64,000 nucleotides of DNA from contig OZ252100.1 of NCBI GenBank assembly GCA_965248435.1, positions 736,001 to 800,000 of the forward strand. Reading direction: 5' to 3'. Origin of the DNA: Candidatus Latescibacterota bacterium. Its GTDB lineage: Bacteria > Latescibacterota > UBA2968 > GCA-2709665. The position numbers were made by a program, and so were the translations under genes. Below, in pieces: positions 31,199 through 41,107 of this stretch. Below the pieces are notes generated by a model. The model did not search any database. It was not told where the DNA came from and saw nothing but the letters and a program-made list of their open reading frames with translations. Numbering within the stretch: position 1 is the stretch's first letter; the number at the start of each line of letters is the position of its first letter.

Positions 31199-31227
31199 AA
31201 TATACTGAACATATGTATATCGGTCAA
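31199..31227 (-). promoter_or_regulatory. recA sigma70 promoter with a candidate LexA box in the spacer
   Basis: TTGACC-17 nt-TATATT on the minus strand; the spacer contains ATAC-ATAT-GTTC (31207-31218), resembling GAAC-N4-GTTC. Confidence 0.65.
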
Positions 31228-31241
31228 GCGCCGGCCGGATT

Positions 31242-31805
31242 TCAGGCCGGGTCGCCGAACATGCCACAACCCAGGGTCGTATACCTGGCCCCATCCCGGT
31301 GGAGATCACTCCTGATCACCTGGACGCGGTCTACGGAAAAGGGGTCGCCCTCAGACAGGTCGACGCACGCCCGTGCCAGCGACACGGGTCGACGCGAGAC
31401 ACGCCCCAGCGTGACGTGAGGGTGAAACTTTCGCTCCTCGCCCGAGAATCCGAGCGGATCCAGGGCCTGCTCGACCCTCTCCTGAATGCTGGAGAGGGCC
31501 TCCAACTCCCCCTCGATCCCAACCCATACAACCCTTGCGCGATCGGATTGAGGAAAGCCGCCAATACCCGCGACACGGAGTGTAAGAGGGCGAAGCCCGC
31601 CGGCAACCGCATTGACCGCCTCCACGACGTGTGGAACGCGCTCCTCTTCCACCTCCCCCAGAAACTTCAGAGTAAGGTGAAACCCGTGAGGTCGGACCCA
31701 CCGAATCCCCGGCAGGTCGCTGCGGAGCCGTTCGATCGTGTAATTCAGGTGTTCGCGAACCTTCTCAGGCAACTCAATCGCAACGAACGTCCGCAGGCCA
31801 GCCAT
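31242..31805 (-). CDS. thpR: RNA 2',3'-cyclic phosphodiesterase
   Basis: RTFVAI and two HxT motifs (FHLTLKFLG, FHPHVTLGR). Confidence 0.92.
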   Translation of the reverse strand: MAGLRTFVAIELPEKVREHLNYTIERLRSDLPGIRWVRPHGFHLTLKFLGEVEEERVPHVVEAVNAVAGGLRPLTLRVAGIGGFPQSDRARVVWVGIEGELEALSSIQERVEQALDPLGFSGEERKFHPHVTLGRVSRRPVSLARACVDLSEGDPFSVDRVQVIRSDLHRDGARYTTLGCGMFGDPA

Positions 31806-32255
31806 TCACGCCACCCAGACGAAGATCAGGCCTCGCAAAATCAAGTTTCCGTAGATCCCCGCTACCACGTCGTCTAACACGATACCCCAACCTCCCGGAA
31901 GGGCCTCAGACTGAGCTGCCGGGAAGGGCTTGATGATGTCCAGGACGCGAAAGACGAAGAACCCCACCACCCCCAGCAGCACGGAAGAGGGCAGAAGACA
32001 CATCGTCACGAAAAAGCCCACGATTTCGTCGATCACGACGTAGGACGGATCGTTTCCCCAGACCGCTTCGCCGGCGGAAGAAGCGTAGACCGCAATCAAA
32101 AACAGGGGCAGGATGAGGAGGGCCCAGCCCAGCAGATTTAGAGGGGGAAGCAGACAGTAGATCCCAAGGGCGACGGCCGATCCAACGGTCCCTGGAGCGA
32201 TATGGGCATAGCCAGCAAAGAAACCGGTGGCGATGAGCCGCGTGGCAAAATTCAA
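31806..32255 (-). CDS. pgpA: Phosphatidylglycerophosphatase A
   Basis: APGTVGS, DPSYVVIDEIVG, FRVLDIIKPFP, GIVLDDVVAG. Confidence 0.93.
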   Translation of the reverse strand: MNFATRLIATGFFAGYAHIAPGTVGSAVALGIYCLLPPLNLLGWALLILPLFLIAVYASSAGEAVWGNDPSYVVIDEIVGFFVTMCLLPSSVLLGVVGFFVFRVLDIIKPFPAAQSEALPGGWGIVLDDVVAGIYGNLILRGLIFVWVA

Positions 32256-32280
32256 GCCGACCTCGAGTTCACTCGCTCCA

Positions 32281-32916
32281 TCAGCCCCGATTGTGGTCCC
32301 AAAAGTACTTCACGCCCGATACCAGGGCCAGGAGGGTCACAGCCCCAACAAGCCCGTTCAACACGAGATGGGATGAGGCATCGACCAGGACAAGGGGTTG
32401 GGCGCTCCACTGCGCCTCGACGACCCGGGTGCTGATAAAGACAAGGATGCCGAAGATGAGAACGTGCTGCAGAGCCGTCTTCCACTTGGCCAGCCTGGAG
32501 GTCACGACAGGCTTTCCCCTGCGTATCCCGTAGATACGAAGCGCAGTAATAACAAAATCTCTGACCAACAAGACGACCACGAGCCACGCGTCCACCATCC
32601 CCAGGAGAATGAAAGAGATCAGGGCGGAAGAGACCAGAATCTTGTCTGCGAGGGGATCCAGGAACCGTCCCAGCTCGGTCACCGTCCCCTGGCGCCTGGC
32701 GATCCACCCGTCGAAGTCAGTCAGCGACGCCACAGCGAAGACGAGAAGCGCCACGTGCTTCCAGACCAATCCGTCCGCGAAGATCAGCGCGAGAAAGACC
32801 GGCGTCAGCGCGATTCGGATCACGCTCAACACATTGGGGAGCGTAACCAATTTGCCCGACCGACCGGATTCGGGCAGACCTTCTGCTGTCCGATCCAATG
32901 TTTGGGCCTGCTCCAC
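32281..32916 (-). CDS. pgsA: CDP-diacylglycerol--glycerol-3-phosphate phosphatidyltransferase
   Basis: LPNVLSVIRI and DGWIARR..GRFLDPLADK; adjacent to pgpA. The CDP-alcohol motif is one residue short (TDFDG). Confidence 0.85.
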   Translation of the reverse strand: MEQAQTLDRTAEGLPESGRSGKLVTLPNVLSVIRIALTPVFLALIFADGLVWKHVALLVFAVASLTDFDGWIARRQGTVTELGRFLDPLADKILVSSALISFILLGMVDAWLVVVLLVRDFVITALRIYGIRRGKPVVTSRLAKWKTALQHVLIFGILVFISTRVVEAQWSAQPLVLVDASSHLVLNGLVGAVTLLALVSGVKYFWDHNRG

Positions 32917-32918
32917 GC

Positions 32919-33512
32919 CTAAAGCTCCCTTCGCCCTTCCAGAGCGCGTGACAGAGTCACCTGATCTGCGAGCGCCAGGTCGCTCCCGACGGGCAGTCCT
33001 CGGGCAATCTGTGTGATGTGCACCTTGAACGGCTCCAGACACTGTTTGAGATATTGTGCCGTGGCATCCCCTTCCACCGTCGGACCGTTTGCAAGAATCA
33101 CCTCCTGCACGTTTCCCTTTTCCAGCCGAGCCAGCAGTTCCCGGATATGCAGGTGCTCTGGCCCGACCCCATCCAGCGGGGAAATCCGTCCGTCCAGCAC
33201 GTGGTAGACGCCTCGATGTGCGCGGGCGTACTCGATGGCCAGAAGGTCACCTACGGTGTCGACGACCATCACCGTCGAGTGATCCCGGTTTGGATTCGAA
33301 CAGATGTCACAAGGATCTTGCTCAGTCAGACTGAAACAGATGGAGCACTGCTTAACCCGCGTCTTCACCTCCATAATCAACTCGGTAAGCGCGTGAACCT
33401 CTTTCGTATCCCACGTCAAGATCTCGAGGGCGATCCGTCTCGCCGATTTTTCTCCGATGCCCGGCAGCCGGTTCAATCCTGAAATCAACCTGTCGATGAC
33501 ATCGGACGCCAC
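32919..33512 (-). CDS. recR: Recombination mediator RecR
   Basis: LPGIGEKSARR, the C4 zinc finger, YHVLDGRISPLDG and TVEGDATA. Confidence 0.96.
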   Translation of the reverse strand: MASDVIDRLISGLNRLPGIGEKSARRIALEILTWDTKEVHALTELIMEVKTRVKQCSICFSLTEQDPCDICSNPNRDHSTVMVVDTVGDLLAIEYARAHRGVYHVLDGRISPLDGVGPEHLHIRELLARLEKGNVQEVILANGPTVEGDATAQYLKQCLEPFKVHITQIARGLPVGSDLALADQVTLSRALEGRREL

Positions 33513-33528
33513 TGCGCACCCTCCCGAC

Positions 33529-33861
33529 TCAGATCAACCCGGGCAGATTCATCCCGGGGGGGATCAAACCGGCCGTTGCCTTCTGCATCTCCTGTTCGGC
33601 CAGCTCCTGGGACTTTCTCCTGGCTTCCTGCGCGGCTGCAAGGATCAGGTCTTCGAGCATCTCCACGTCTTCCCGATCCACGACTTCGGGATCGATTTTG
33701 ATACCCACGATCTCCTGCTGGCCGTTCGCCGTCACGACGACGACGCCTCCCCCGGCCGTCCCTTCAACGCGCTTTTCAGCGAGCTCTTCCTGAATTCCGG
33801 CCAGCTTCGACTGAAGCTTCTGGGCCTGCTTCATCATAGAGCCAACGCCTTTGGCCATCAA
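33529..33861 (-). CDS. ybaB: YbaB/EbfC nucleoid-associated protein
   Basis: MMKQAQKLQ, GTAGGGVV, DVEMLEDLILAA; dnaX-ybaB-recR synteny. Confidence 0.93.
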   Translation of the reverse strand: MMAKGVGSMMKQAQKLQSKLAGIQEELAEKRVEGTAGGGVVVVTANGQQEIVGIKIDPEVVDREDVEMLEDLILAAAQEARRKSQELAEQEMQKATAGLIPPGMNLPGLI

Positions 33862-33873
33862 TCCTCTCCTTTG

Positions 33874-35568
33874 TCAGGACCGAACGATCTCTCCATCCAG
33901 GATCTTCAGGGCCATCTGTACATCCTCATCCGTTTCGGGATCGTAGGCTTCGTCGCGCGGCCCATCTCCCCCACCCTCGTCGACGACCTCGCAGGCGATC
34001 CTGATCTCAGCCCCGTAATACGCCGTCGCGGCGCCTTCCACCATCTCCCGGTTCCGCGTGACCTGATTGGCGTGAAAGGCGCTGCTATGAGGGAAGGCAA
34101 GGGTCATCTTCAAGCCGTCGAAGGCCCTGGGTTTCCCTTCTGTCAGAAACGTTCCGACGGAAATCTTCTGTGCTTTGACTGCGTCTACAAGGCCATCCCA
34201 CCCTGACTGAATGCCTTCAAGCGTGACGTTGCCCTCTTGAGCGTTTGAACGCGAAACATCAGGTTCACTCGTTGACGCACCCTCAGGCGTTCGCGCATCC
34301 TCCACCCGCTCGGGCGGAGCGGCAGGAGGACCGGGGTCTTCAGCTGGCGGTTTGGCCTCAGAAAGGTGAGGCGGCGGTTCAGTCGAACGTATTCGCTTTG
34401 CAGTCGGCTGGCCGGTCCGCCCCTTCAGTTCTGCCTCCAGCCGATCCAGCTTGGCAATGACCTCCTCCACCGAAATCGTGGACGTCATCTTGACCAACTT
34501 CATCACCGTCAGCTCCAGCCAGAATCGGGGATTGGAGACCCGACCCAGGTTCAGCTCCAGATCCGAAACGATCTGAAGCATTCGGAGGAGATCGTCTTCC
34601 TTGAATTCCTTGGAGACATCCAGAAACCTCGCCTGGTCCGCTTCGGCAATGTCTTCTTCCTTCAGTCCACCCGAGACGCAGGAGACCATGAGCAGTCTGA
34701 GGTGTTCCAGAAGCCCGTCGATGAACTCTCCGACGTCGCCTCCTTCGTCCACAACCCGCCCAACCAGATCGAGGGCATTCCGTCCGTCCCCCTCCTGAAC
34801 CGCGTGCAGAAGCTCAAAATAGACATCCCGAGGAATGATGCCCAGCATATCCCGAACGGCATCTGCCGTCACACCTCCATCGCAGAACGACGCGACCTGG
34901 TCGAGCAGTCCCTGCGCGTCTCGCATCGCCCCATCGGCCCTTCGGGCGATCATGAAAAGCGCCTCCTCCTCTGCCTGCTTCCCTTCATCGGTCTTTCTCA
35001 GATGGGAGGCGATGTCGCCTGTCGGGATACGGCGGAAGTTGTATCGCTGGCACCTGGAAAGGATCGTCTCCGGCACTTTGTGAGACGCGGTCGTGGCAAA
35101 CACGAAGACGACGTGCGAAGGAGGTTCTTCGAGCGTCTTCAGCAACGCGTTGAACGCCGGGTCGGTCAACATGTGGACTTCGTCGATGATGTAGACCCTG
35201 CGCTTCCCTTTGGAGGCCGCGTATCCAACTTCCTCGCGGAGCTGCCGGATCTCATCGATCCCCCGGTTGGATGCTCCGTCGATCTCCAGTACATCCATGC
35301 TCTTTCCGTCGGCGATCGCACGACAGTAGGCGCACTCCCCGCAAGGATCAGGCGTGGGTCCGTTTTCGCAATTCAGGGCCTTGGCCAGCAGTCTCGCCGT
35401 CGTCGTCTTGCCAGTGCCCCTGGGTCCCGAAAAGAGATAGGCGTGGGCAACGCGATCCGCACGCACCGCGTTCTGCAGTGTCTTGACAATGTGCTCCTGC
35501 GCCACCACGTCCCCAAAGCGTTGGGGACGCAGTTTGCGTGCAGTGACTTCAAATGCTTCCCGTGGCAA
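33874..35568 (-). CDS. dnaX: DNA polymerase III subunit gamma/tau
   Basis: RKLRPQRF, GPRGTGKTT, EIDGASN, IIDEVHML, NALLKTLEEPP, TILSRCQ. Confidence 0.97.
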   Translation of the reverse strand: MPREAFEVTARKLRPQRFGDVVAQEHIVKTLQNAVRADRVAHAYLFSGPRGTGKTTTARLLAKALNCENGPTPDPCGECAYCRAIADGKSMDVLEIDGASNRGIDEIRQLREEVGYAASKGKRRVYIIDEVHMLTDPAFNALLKTLEEPPSHVVFVFATTASHKVPETILSRCQRYNFRRIPTGDIASHLRKTDEGKQAEEEALFMIARRADGAMRDAQGLLDQVASFCDGGVTADAVRDMLGIIPRDVYFELLHAVQEGDGRNALDLVGRVVDEGGDVGEFIDGLLEHLRLLMVSCVSGGLKEEDIAEADQARFLDVSKEFKEDDLLRMLQIVSDLELNLGRVSNPRFWLELTVMKLVKMTSTISVEEVIAKLDRLEAELKGRTGQPTAKRIRSTEPPPHLSEAKPPAEDPGPPAAPPERVEDARTPEGASTSEPDVSRSNAQEGNVTLEGIQSGWDGLVDAVKAQKISVGTFLTEGKPRAFDGLKMTLAFPHSSAFHANQVTRNREMVEGAATAYYGAEIRIACEVVDEGGGDGPRDEAYDPETDEDVQMALKILDGEIVRS

Positions 35569-35665
35569 ACTGTTCTCCGAACGAGATAGGATGTGATTAT
35601 CGAGACGAAGCCCACAGCCGCGGTCTGTGGGCTGCCGTCCGATATACGAAATACGATGTTTTTAC

Positions 35666-35939
35666 GGCCGTGCACCCAGCTTCGATCCCTCATCCCGGCG
35701 GGCTCAAAAAGCGCCAGCTCCCACCAGGTCGCCCTGCGGCACACAGGCCGAACCGCCTACCGCTGCTACCTTCCGGTCCTGACGGGGTTTGGCGAAGGCC
35801 CATTGCGCAGGACCTGGCGATCGACACCGCTTTCTTTCTGAACCGCAACCCGGAATGCGAGACCTCAGGCGTGGGAATTCGACCCCGCTAAGCGGATTGC
35901 GGGTAACAGGGCACCGCTACCTCCCCATCTAGCACGGCC
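35666..35939 (-). ncRNA. ffs: Signal recognition particle RNA, large (Alu-domain) bacterial type
   Basis: 5' end GGCCGTGCTAGATGGGGAGGTAGCGGTGCCCTGTTACCCGCAATCCGC; helix 8 TCAGGACCGGAAGGTAGCAGC; the ends pair (GGCCGTGC / GCACGGCC); lies upstream of dnaX. Confidence 0.93.
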
Positions 35940-36009
35940 ATAAATCGCGTCGTTCGTCGCTCGTCTATCGTGGATCGCAACCGGATTCTCACTGGGGCTG
36001 GTTGCAACG

Positions 36010-36351
36010 TCAACTCCTGAGCCGTTTTATAAGATTGGTGAGCATCCGGCTCTCGTGATCGATGCTGTCTTCCAGATTAGAAAAACCCTCGTCGCTCACG
36101 AACTCTCTCCGACGTGCGATGATAAGCTGCGTCTCTAATTCCGAACAAGAACCGAGTGCTACGTAACAAAACTGGTATTCTTTGGAATACAGGCGTGCAA
36201 ACCTTCTGCTATGTTCGATGGAATCGAGATGGCCGTTCTCTGCATATGTGGTGCTAATCCGTATGTCTCTTCTTTGCGAAAGTCTTTCGCCGCGTCATAA
36301 ACAAGATCTACGATCTCGATCCCTTTTTTCTTTATAGCTCTTTGCTCTCAC
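36010..36351 (-). pseudogene. Four-helix-bundle (23S rRNA IVP/TIGR02436-like) pseudogene flanked by inverted heptamer arrays
   Basis: Pieces in shifted frames: KSYKE / KGIEIVDLVYD..FRKEETYGL..MQRTAISIPSNIAEG / ALGSCSELETQLIIA..RMLTNLIKRL. Arms at 35945-35979 and 36368-36388. Confidence 0.8.
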
Positions 36352-36432
36352 ATTGTGTATCCCCGCTTGCGAACGACGAACGACGATCCGGTCGTGTCCG
36401 TTAGGACACGACCCACGATCTGCGGGTTTTGA

Positions 36433-36509
36433 TGGTGGAGCAGATGGGGCTCGAACCCACGACCTCCAGAGTGCGATTCTGGCGCTCTCCCAAACTGAGC
36501 TACTGCCCC
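36433..36509 (-). tRNA. tRNA-Ala(CGC)
   Basis: Full cloverleaf, anticodon arm CCAGA-ATCGCAC-TCTGG, G3:U70 pair, encoded CCA. Confidence 0.95.
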
Positions 36510-36518
36510 ACCCAAAAC

Positions 36519-36893
36519 TCACGCAGCCTCGATGATGATCCCCTCCCCCGATGAGACGGTTTTCAATACGGTGGTATCCCCAATCACGCGGCCGATCGGG
36601 TTGACCGGACTCGCCGGCCTGATCTCATCCCCCTCGCTGGCGGGCGTTTTTCCGAAAAAGATACAAAATGCCTTTCCGGGGGGCCAGTAGCCAAGGTCCC
36701 CCAGATCCACGGTTTCGACTGCATTTTCCGGATCCGCCGTCACAGGAATCGAAAAATAGATCTCATCACCCCAGGTATTGAAGCTGCCTTCTTCGATCGG
36801 AAGCTCGCTGGCAATCTGGCGCGCTGTCTCTGAATCATTCAGCTCGGCATCCAGGACGGTCGAACCGACGCGTATCTTTATCGGAAATGCCAA
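36519..36893 (-). CDS. Cyclophilin-like fold protein (TM1367/DUF369-like)
   Basis: NTWGDEIYF, GDLGYWPPGKAFCIFFGKTP, PASPVNPIG. Confidence 0.85.
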   Translation of the reverse strand: MAFPIKIRVGSTVLDAELNDSETARQIASELPIEEGSFNTWGDEIYFSIPVTADPENAVETVDLGDLGYWPPGKAFCIFFGKTPASEGDEIRPASPVNPIGRVIGDTTVLKTVSSGEGIIIEAA

Positions 36894-37055
36894 GGTGATG
36901 TCCCAAGGGGAATGTTTTGACGCGTCGAAAGAACAGACCTTTCAATCCGTTCGCGATTGCCCTCGGCGACTATCCTGAGAGTTGACTCACTTAACGGAAA
37001 TCGATCTCCCCGCGGGCGGCAACCATGCAAAAAGTCTTCCACTCGAAAAGGATGC

Positions 37056-37145
<90 letters not shown>

Positions 37146-37149
37146 GTGA

Positions 37150-38316
37150 TCACATCATCCTCTTTCTGACTTCAAGGGGCTCGACAACCTCTCCCGCTCG
37201 AATCGTGACCACCGGCTCCCAGATACCGCCTTGACGCTCCTGGCCCGGCACGTCGCGCAGGGTAAAGGGACCCGCGTTCCACCGCACGACGCTGACATCC
37301 GCGCATTGACCTTCAACCAGCGACCCGATCGTTTCGTTCAGTCGGAGTACCTCTGCTGGTCGGCGGGTCACGCGGGGCAGGATATCCGCTTCCGCCATGC
37401 CAACGGCCCGCAGCTTCGACATCACCAGCAGAAGATCGTGCTGTGGCACGCCTCCGATGTGACGTCGCTGGAGGTCCGTCGAAATCGTATCGGGGAGGAA
37501 GCCGTCGGAGATGGCGGTCTCCGCGACCTGAAAATCGAACGATCCAAATCCGTGGCCGACGTCGAACAGCACCCCACGCTCCCGTGCGTCCCATACGCAA
37601 TCACGCACCCGGCCCTCGTGGACGATTTGCTGGCCCCATCCGTGGAGGCAGTAGGTCACGACATCCCCTCCCCTCAACATCCCCAGCTGTTCATCCAACG
37701 CCCAATCCGTACTGCCTCGCGTCCCGAAAAGCAGCGGCAGGCCTGTTCGCTCCGCTGCTTCCAGCGCACGACGAGTGATCTCACGCGGGTCGTTGTCACC
37801 GCAGACGGTATCATACACGTTGATCGAGATGCCCCAGATCGATCCCTCGGCCTGCTCGATCGTGCGGACGCACGCCTCGACGTCTGCCTCTTGAAGGTCC
37901 GCGAAATAGCCCTGCTTTTCCTCGCCGCACGCGGCAAGGTTGAGCGCCGGAACGACCCGCGTGCGCACACCACGAATCACGTGATCTCGGTAGTCGGACC
38001 AGTTGCCCGCCCCGGCGTCTCCCTGAGAGAGAACGGTCGTGACCCCGCGAGACAGCATGAACAGATCGGGGTCTACGCCGACTCGCGTCTCGCCCAGGTC
38101 GGGATGCGCGTGCAGGTCCACGAGCCCCGGCAGGATCAGATCGTCCGGAAACTCCAATGTCTGCCGAGCAGGAACCGTCGTAGTCTCAGGGACGTCATCC
38201 AATGCAGCCGCGATTCGGTCTCCCCGAATCGCGATCGCCCCCGGATGATCAACCCCGCTCTTCGGACAGACCAGCCGCCCGGCTCGCACAACAAGGTCGT
38301 AGGGCGGTTCGGTCAT
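37150..38316 (-). CDS. Amidohydrolase/deacetylase family metallohydrolase (dihydroorotase-like)
   Basis: LPGLVDLHAH, GVTTV, FDVGHG.GSF, PDTISTD. The start is set at MTEPPYD, downstream of tRNA-Ser(CGA). Confidence 0.85.
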   Translation of the reverse strand: MTEPPYDLVVRAGRLVCPKSGVDHPGAIAIRGDRIAAALDDVPETTTVPARQTLEFPDDLILPGLVDLHAHPDLGETRVGVDPDLFMLSRGVTTVLSQGDAGAGNWSDYRDHVIRGVRTRVVPALNLAACGEEKQGYFADLQEADVEACVRTIEQAEGSIWGISINVYDTVCGDNDPREITRRALEAAERTGLPLLFGTRGSTDWALDEQLGMLRGGDVVTYCLHGWGQQIVHEGRVRDCVWDARERGVLFDVGHGFGSFDFQVAETAISDGFLPDTISTDLQRRHIGGVPQHDLLLVMSKLRAVGMAEADILPRVTRRPAEVLRLNETIGSLVEGQCADVSVVRWNAGPFTLRDVPGQERQGGIWEPVVTIRAGEVVEPLEVRKRMM

Positions 38317-38411
38317 CGAAGGTCCGTGTGCGACACGACAGAAACTTGGTTGATCGAAGGATTTGGAGCGACGGATGGGGAGATCCGCCCGTGTCGATGT
38401 CCAGCATGAGG

Positions 38412-38501
<90 letters not shown>

Positions 38502-38516
38502 AAAAAGCAAAAGAAG

Positions 38517-38630
38517 GTATCTCGTATTTCGTAACTCGTATCTCGTATCTCGGGGCGCACACCATAGCCAGTCAGAACTCGCTACCCCTTCACCTCGCGA
38601 ATCGACGAGATACGTTTCACGAGATACGAC
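38517..38630. repeat. Inverted heptamer arrays (GTATCTC)n / (GAGATAC)n between tadA and tRNA-Ser
   Basis: GTATCTC GTATTTC GTAACTC GTATCTC GTATCTC ... GAGATAC GTTTCAC GAGATAC. Confidence 0.85.
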
Positions 38631-38631
38631 C

Positions 38632-39060
38632 TTATCGCCGATCTTTGAAGAACGCCTTTAGCATTTCCGAACAAGGCCTTTCGAGGACGCCGCTTCGAAC
38701 TTCCAGTCGGTGGTTCAGCCGACGATCCTCCACGACATTTCTAAGCGATCCACACGCGCCCGACTTCGGGTCCTTCGCGCCAAACACAAGCCTCGAAACG
38801 CGGGCAAGCACGAGTGCCCCGGCGCACATCGCGCAGGGCTCCAACGTGACGTAGATCGTCGCCCCTTCCAGTCTCCACGACTGGAGGGATTCCGCTGCGG
38901 CACGGATAGCCAGCATCTCAGCGTGCGCCGTCGGATCCTGGTTCGTGCGCGTGAGATTGTGGCCTCGACCGACGGCCTCGCCGCCCAGAAACAGGACGGC
39001 GCCGACACACACCTCACCTTTCTGAGCGGCAGCCTTCGCCTCATCCAGCGCGAGCTGCAT
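38632..39060 (-). CDS. tadA: tRNA adenosine(34) deaminase
   Basis: DPTAHAE, YVTLEPCAMCAGA, GAKDPKSGACGS. The true start may lie slightly upstream. Confidence 0.93.
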   Translation of the reverse strand: MQLALDEAKAAAQKGEVCVGAVLFLGGEAVGRGHNLTRTNQDPTAHAEMLAIRAAAESLQSWRLEGATIYVTLEPCAMCAGALVLARVSRLVFGAKDPKSGACGSLRNVVEDRRLNHRLEVRSGVLERPCSEMLKAFFKDRR

Positions 39061-39289
39061 TCCCGCTTCGTCTACGTCCAGAGGACCTTCCTCGATCTAA
39101 GTCATTGAACCTTCGAGACTCAGCCCTGCGCGGAATGAATTAATATACTGATTTCGCGAAACCAGGTCAAATAAGATTGCCGGCGAAAAAACTGGCGTAA
39201 CTCCTTGTGGGAGCAAGAAAAACGTCAAATCGAACGCTGATTGCTTCTGCTGCCGAAGGGGTCCAGGAATTGGTGCTGAATCACGGGGA

Positions 39290-40591
39290 TTACAGCCTGC
39301 AGCAAAACAGAGGGATCAGCATCTCGTGTTGACTCAGTCCGCCGTGCCTCCCGCCTACCAGGTCGGAGGGTGCGGCGCCTTTCCAGTAAGGATAAAAAAA
39401 GGCGTTTGTTTGTCTCGTCAGCAGCAAAAGATCTCCGATTCGCTCGTTGACATCGGGCCGAATCGGTCCAGGGCCCCAAAGGCCACCCCTGAGCGCATCT
39501 CTCGAAGACAACACGACTGCGCGGTCCCCGAGGGCCTTTCTCATATATGCCCTGGACTCAAGAGTGCAGCCGTGGTTGAGGTAGAGGTATGATGACCTGC
39601 CCGTCCCGGTAGGCGGGAGTCTGAGCTCGTCCCTGAGCCGCTTGAACCGGGGGACCGAAATGACATCCTGAGCCTCCACGCCGACGTGTCCGTGGTCCGA
39701 CATGAACAGCAGACCTGCTCGGCTTCCTCTGCGGCCTCCAAGCGGCCGGAGCAGCTCCTCTTGAAGCGAAAAGCAGAAGCTTCTCAACTCGGCTTCCGGC
39801 TCTCTCCCATCTGTGCCATAGTTGTGCAGAATCGTGTCGAGGGCACCCCAGTAGGCCCAGATACACGCCGGCTCCTCTGGATCGGTCTCCACTAACTTTC
39901 TGATCTGCACGAACATGTCGGATGAACTCACGAAGGGAACGACCCGCGTCGCGCCGTCGTAGAGCATCTGCGAGAGTCCGCTTCGACTGATCGCGTCTCG
40001 TATGAGGCAGGTGGACGGAATCCCGGCGCGCTTCAGGTATGTGTGAACGGTTGGCACGCCCAGGAGCGCTTCCCCGTCACCGGGGTAACGCAACAGTCGT
40101 GTGGGCCGTTCGTCCGACTCGGGGCTCAACCGGATCATATTCGCGATGAATCCGCGCTCGGGCAGGTACATCCGATAGCCTGTGATGCCGTGTCCAGTCG
40201 GTGGGAGTCCGGTGTGAAGCGTGGAGATCGCCACGGCAGTCGTTGAAGGAAAGACGGAGGTCAGAGGAACAAATCGCCCCTTGCGAGCGAGTGTGTTCAG
40301 AGCCAGCCCCCTGTCTTCGGCCATCTGTTTCTGTGCTGCGAGAAAGCCGAGGGCGTCCATCAGCAACACGACGAGCTTCCGACATCCCTTCAGCTGATCC
40401 CCAAGCGCTTCCTGAGCGAGAGGCGGCGTCGGGAATCCTTTGACGCCGAAGTGGGACAGAACCGTCGCCGGCACATTGGCCAGGCTGTACCCATCATACG
40501 CCGGCAGGACGAACTCGTCCGGCAGCCGTTCGCCAGCTAACGTCGCGGGACGCTTGAGTCGCTTCAGAATCTGTCGGGCGATCTTGTTCAT
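39290..40591 (-). CDS. Alkaline phosphatase superfamily (type I phosphodiesterase/NPP) protein
   Basis: LLMDALG, SVFPSTT, LDTILHNYG, SDHGH, GRHGGLS..EMLIPL. Confidence 0.88.
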   Translation of the reverse strand: MNKIARQILKRLKRPATLAGERLPDEFVLPAYDGYSLANVPATVLSHFGVKGFPTPPLAQEALGDQLKGCRKLVVLLMDALGFLAAQKQMAEDRGLALNTLARKGRFVPLTSVFPSTTAVAISTLHTGLPPTGHGITGYRMYLPERGFIANMIRLSPESDERPTRLLRYPGDGEALLGVPTVHTYLKRAGIPSTCLIRDAISRSGLSQMLYDGATRVVPFVSSSDMFVQIRKLVETDPEEPACIWAYWGALDTILHNYGTDGREPEAELRSFCFSLQEELLRPLGGRRGSRAGLLFMSDHGHVGVEAQDVISVPRFKRLRDELRLPPTGTGRSSYLYLNHGCTLESRAYMRKALGDRAVVLSSRDALRGGLWGPGPIRPDVNERIGDLLLLTRQTNAFFYPYWKGAAPSDLVGGRHGGLSQHEMLIPLFCCRL

Positions 40592-40605
40592 AGATGCATC
40601 AAAAT

Positions 40606-40751
40606 CTGGAGTGTTGGGGGAATTGAGTAATCAAGAAAAGAGTAGCTAGTGTTGGGGGAATGGGGTGTTGGAGCAATGGAGTGTTGGAAAATCAAGGCTA
40701 AGATACTCGTTTTTCCCAATCCTCCAACACTCCAATACTGCAATACTCCAG
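40606..40751. repeat. Inverted octamer arrays (TGGAGTRW)n / (WYACTCCA)n
   Basis: TGGGGGAA TGGGGTGT TGGAGCAA TGGAGTGT ... CTCCAACA CTCCAATA CTGCAATA CTCCAG. Confidence 0.8.
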
Positions 40752-41107
40752 ATTCGCTTTGTGTCGTCTACTGCCGCCCTATTGCGGCACTCGCATCTTT
40801 TCGGATACGATTTCGGCCTCGGTCCTTCTTCTCACGCTAAGATCGTTAAATGATATAAGTGGTTTATAATTAAATATTTAACGTATAAAATCGCTTGAGG
40901 GGAATCTAGTCCACTGACTCGGCATAGCCTTTGCAATAATCTCACATAGCCATCACAATCATCAGTTATATTATCCAATGAATTGCAGGCTGGGAACAAC
41001 TGCGTTGAGGTTGCATCCCGTGCCCCGGGATGCGTAAAACGCTGGGGGCATAGATTTGATTCAGGATAGGTCAACGTTTTAGAAACTCGATAAGGAGGGA
41101 AGAGACA

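Noticed and set aside
39061-39105. In-frame ATG-ACT-TAG upstream of tadA as stop-codon readthrough or recoding
   Set aside because: TAG is used as a normal stop elsewhere (recA, typA, metK), and an alternative start downstream of the TAG explains it.
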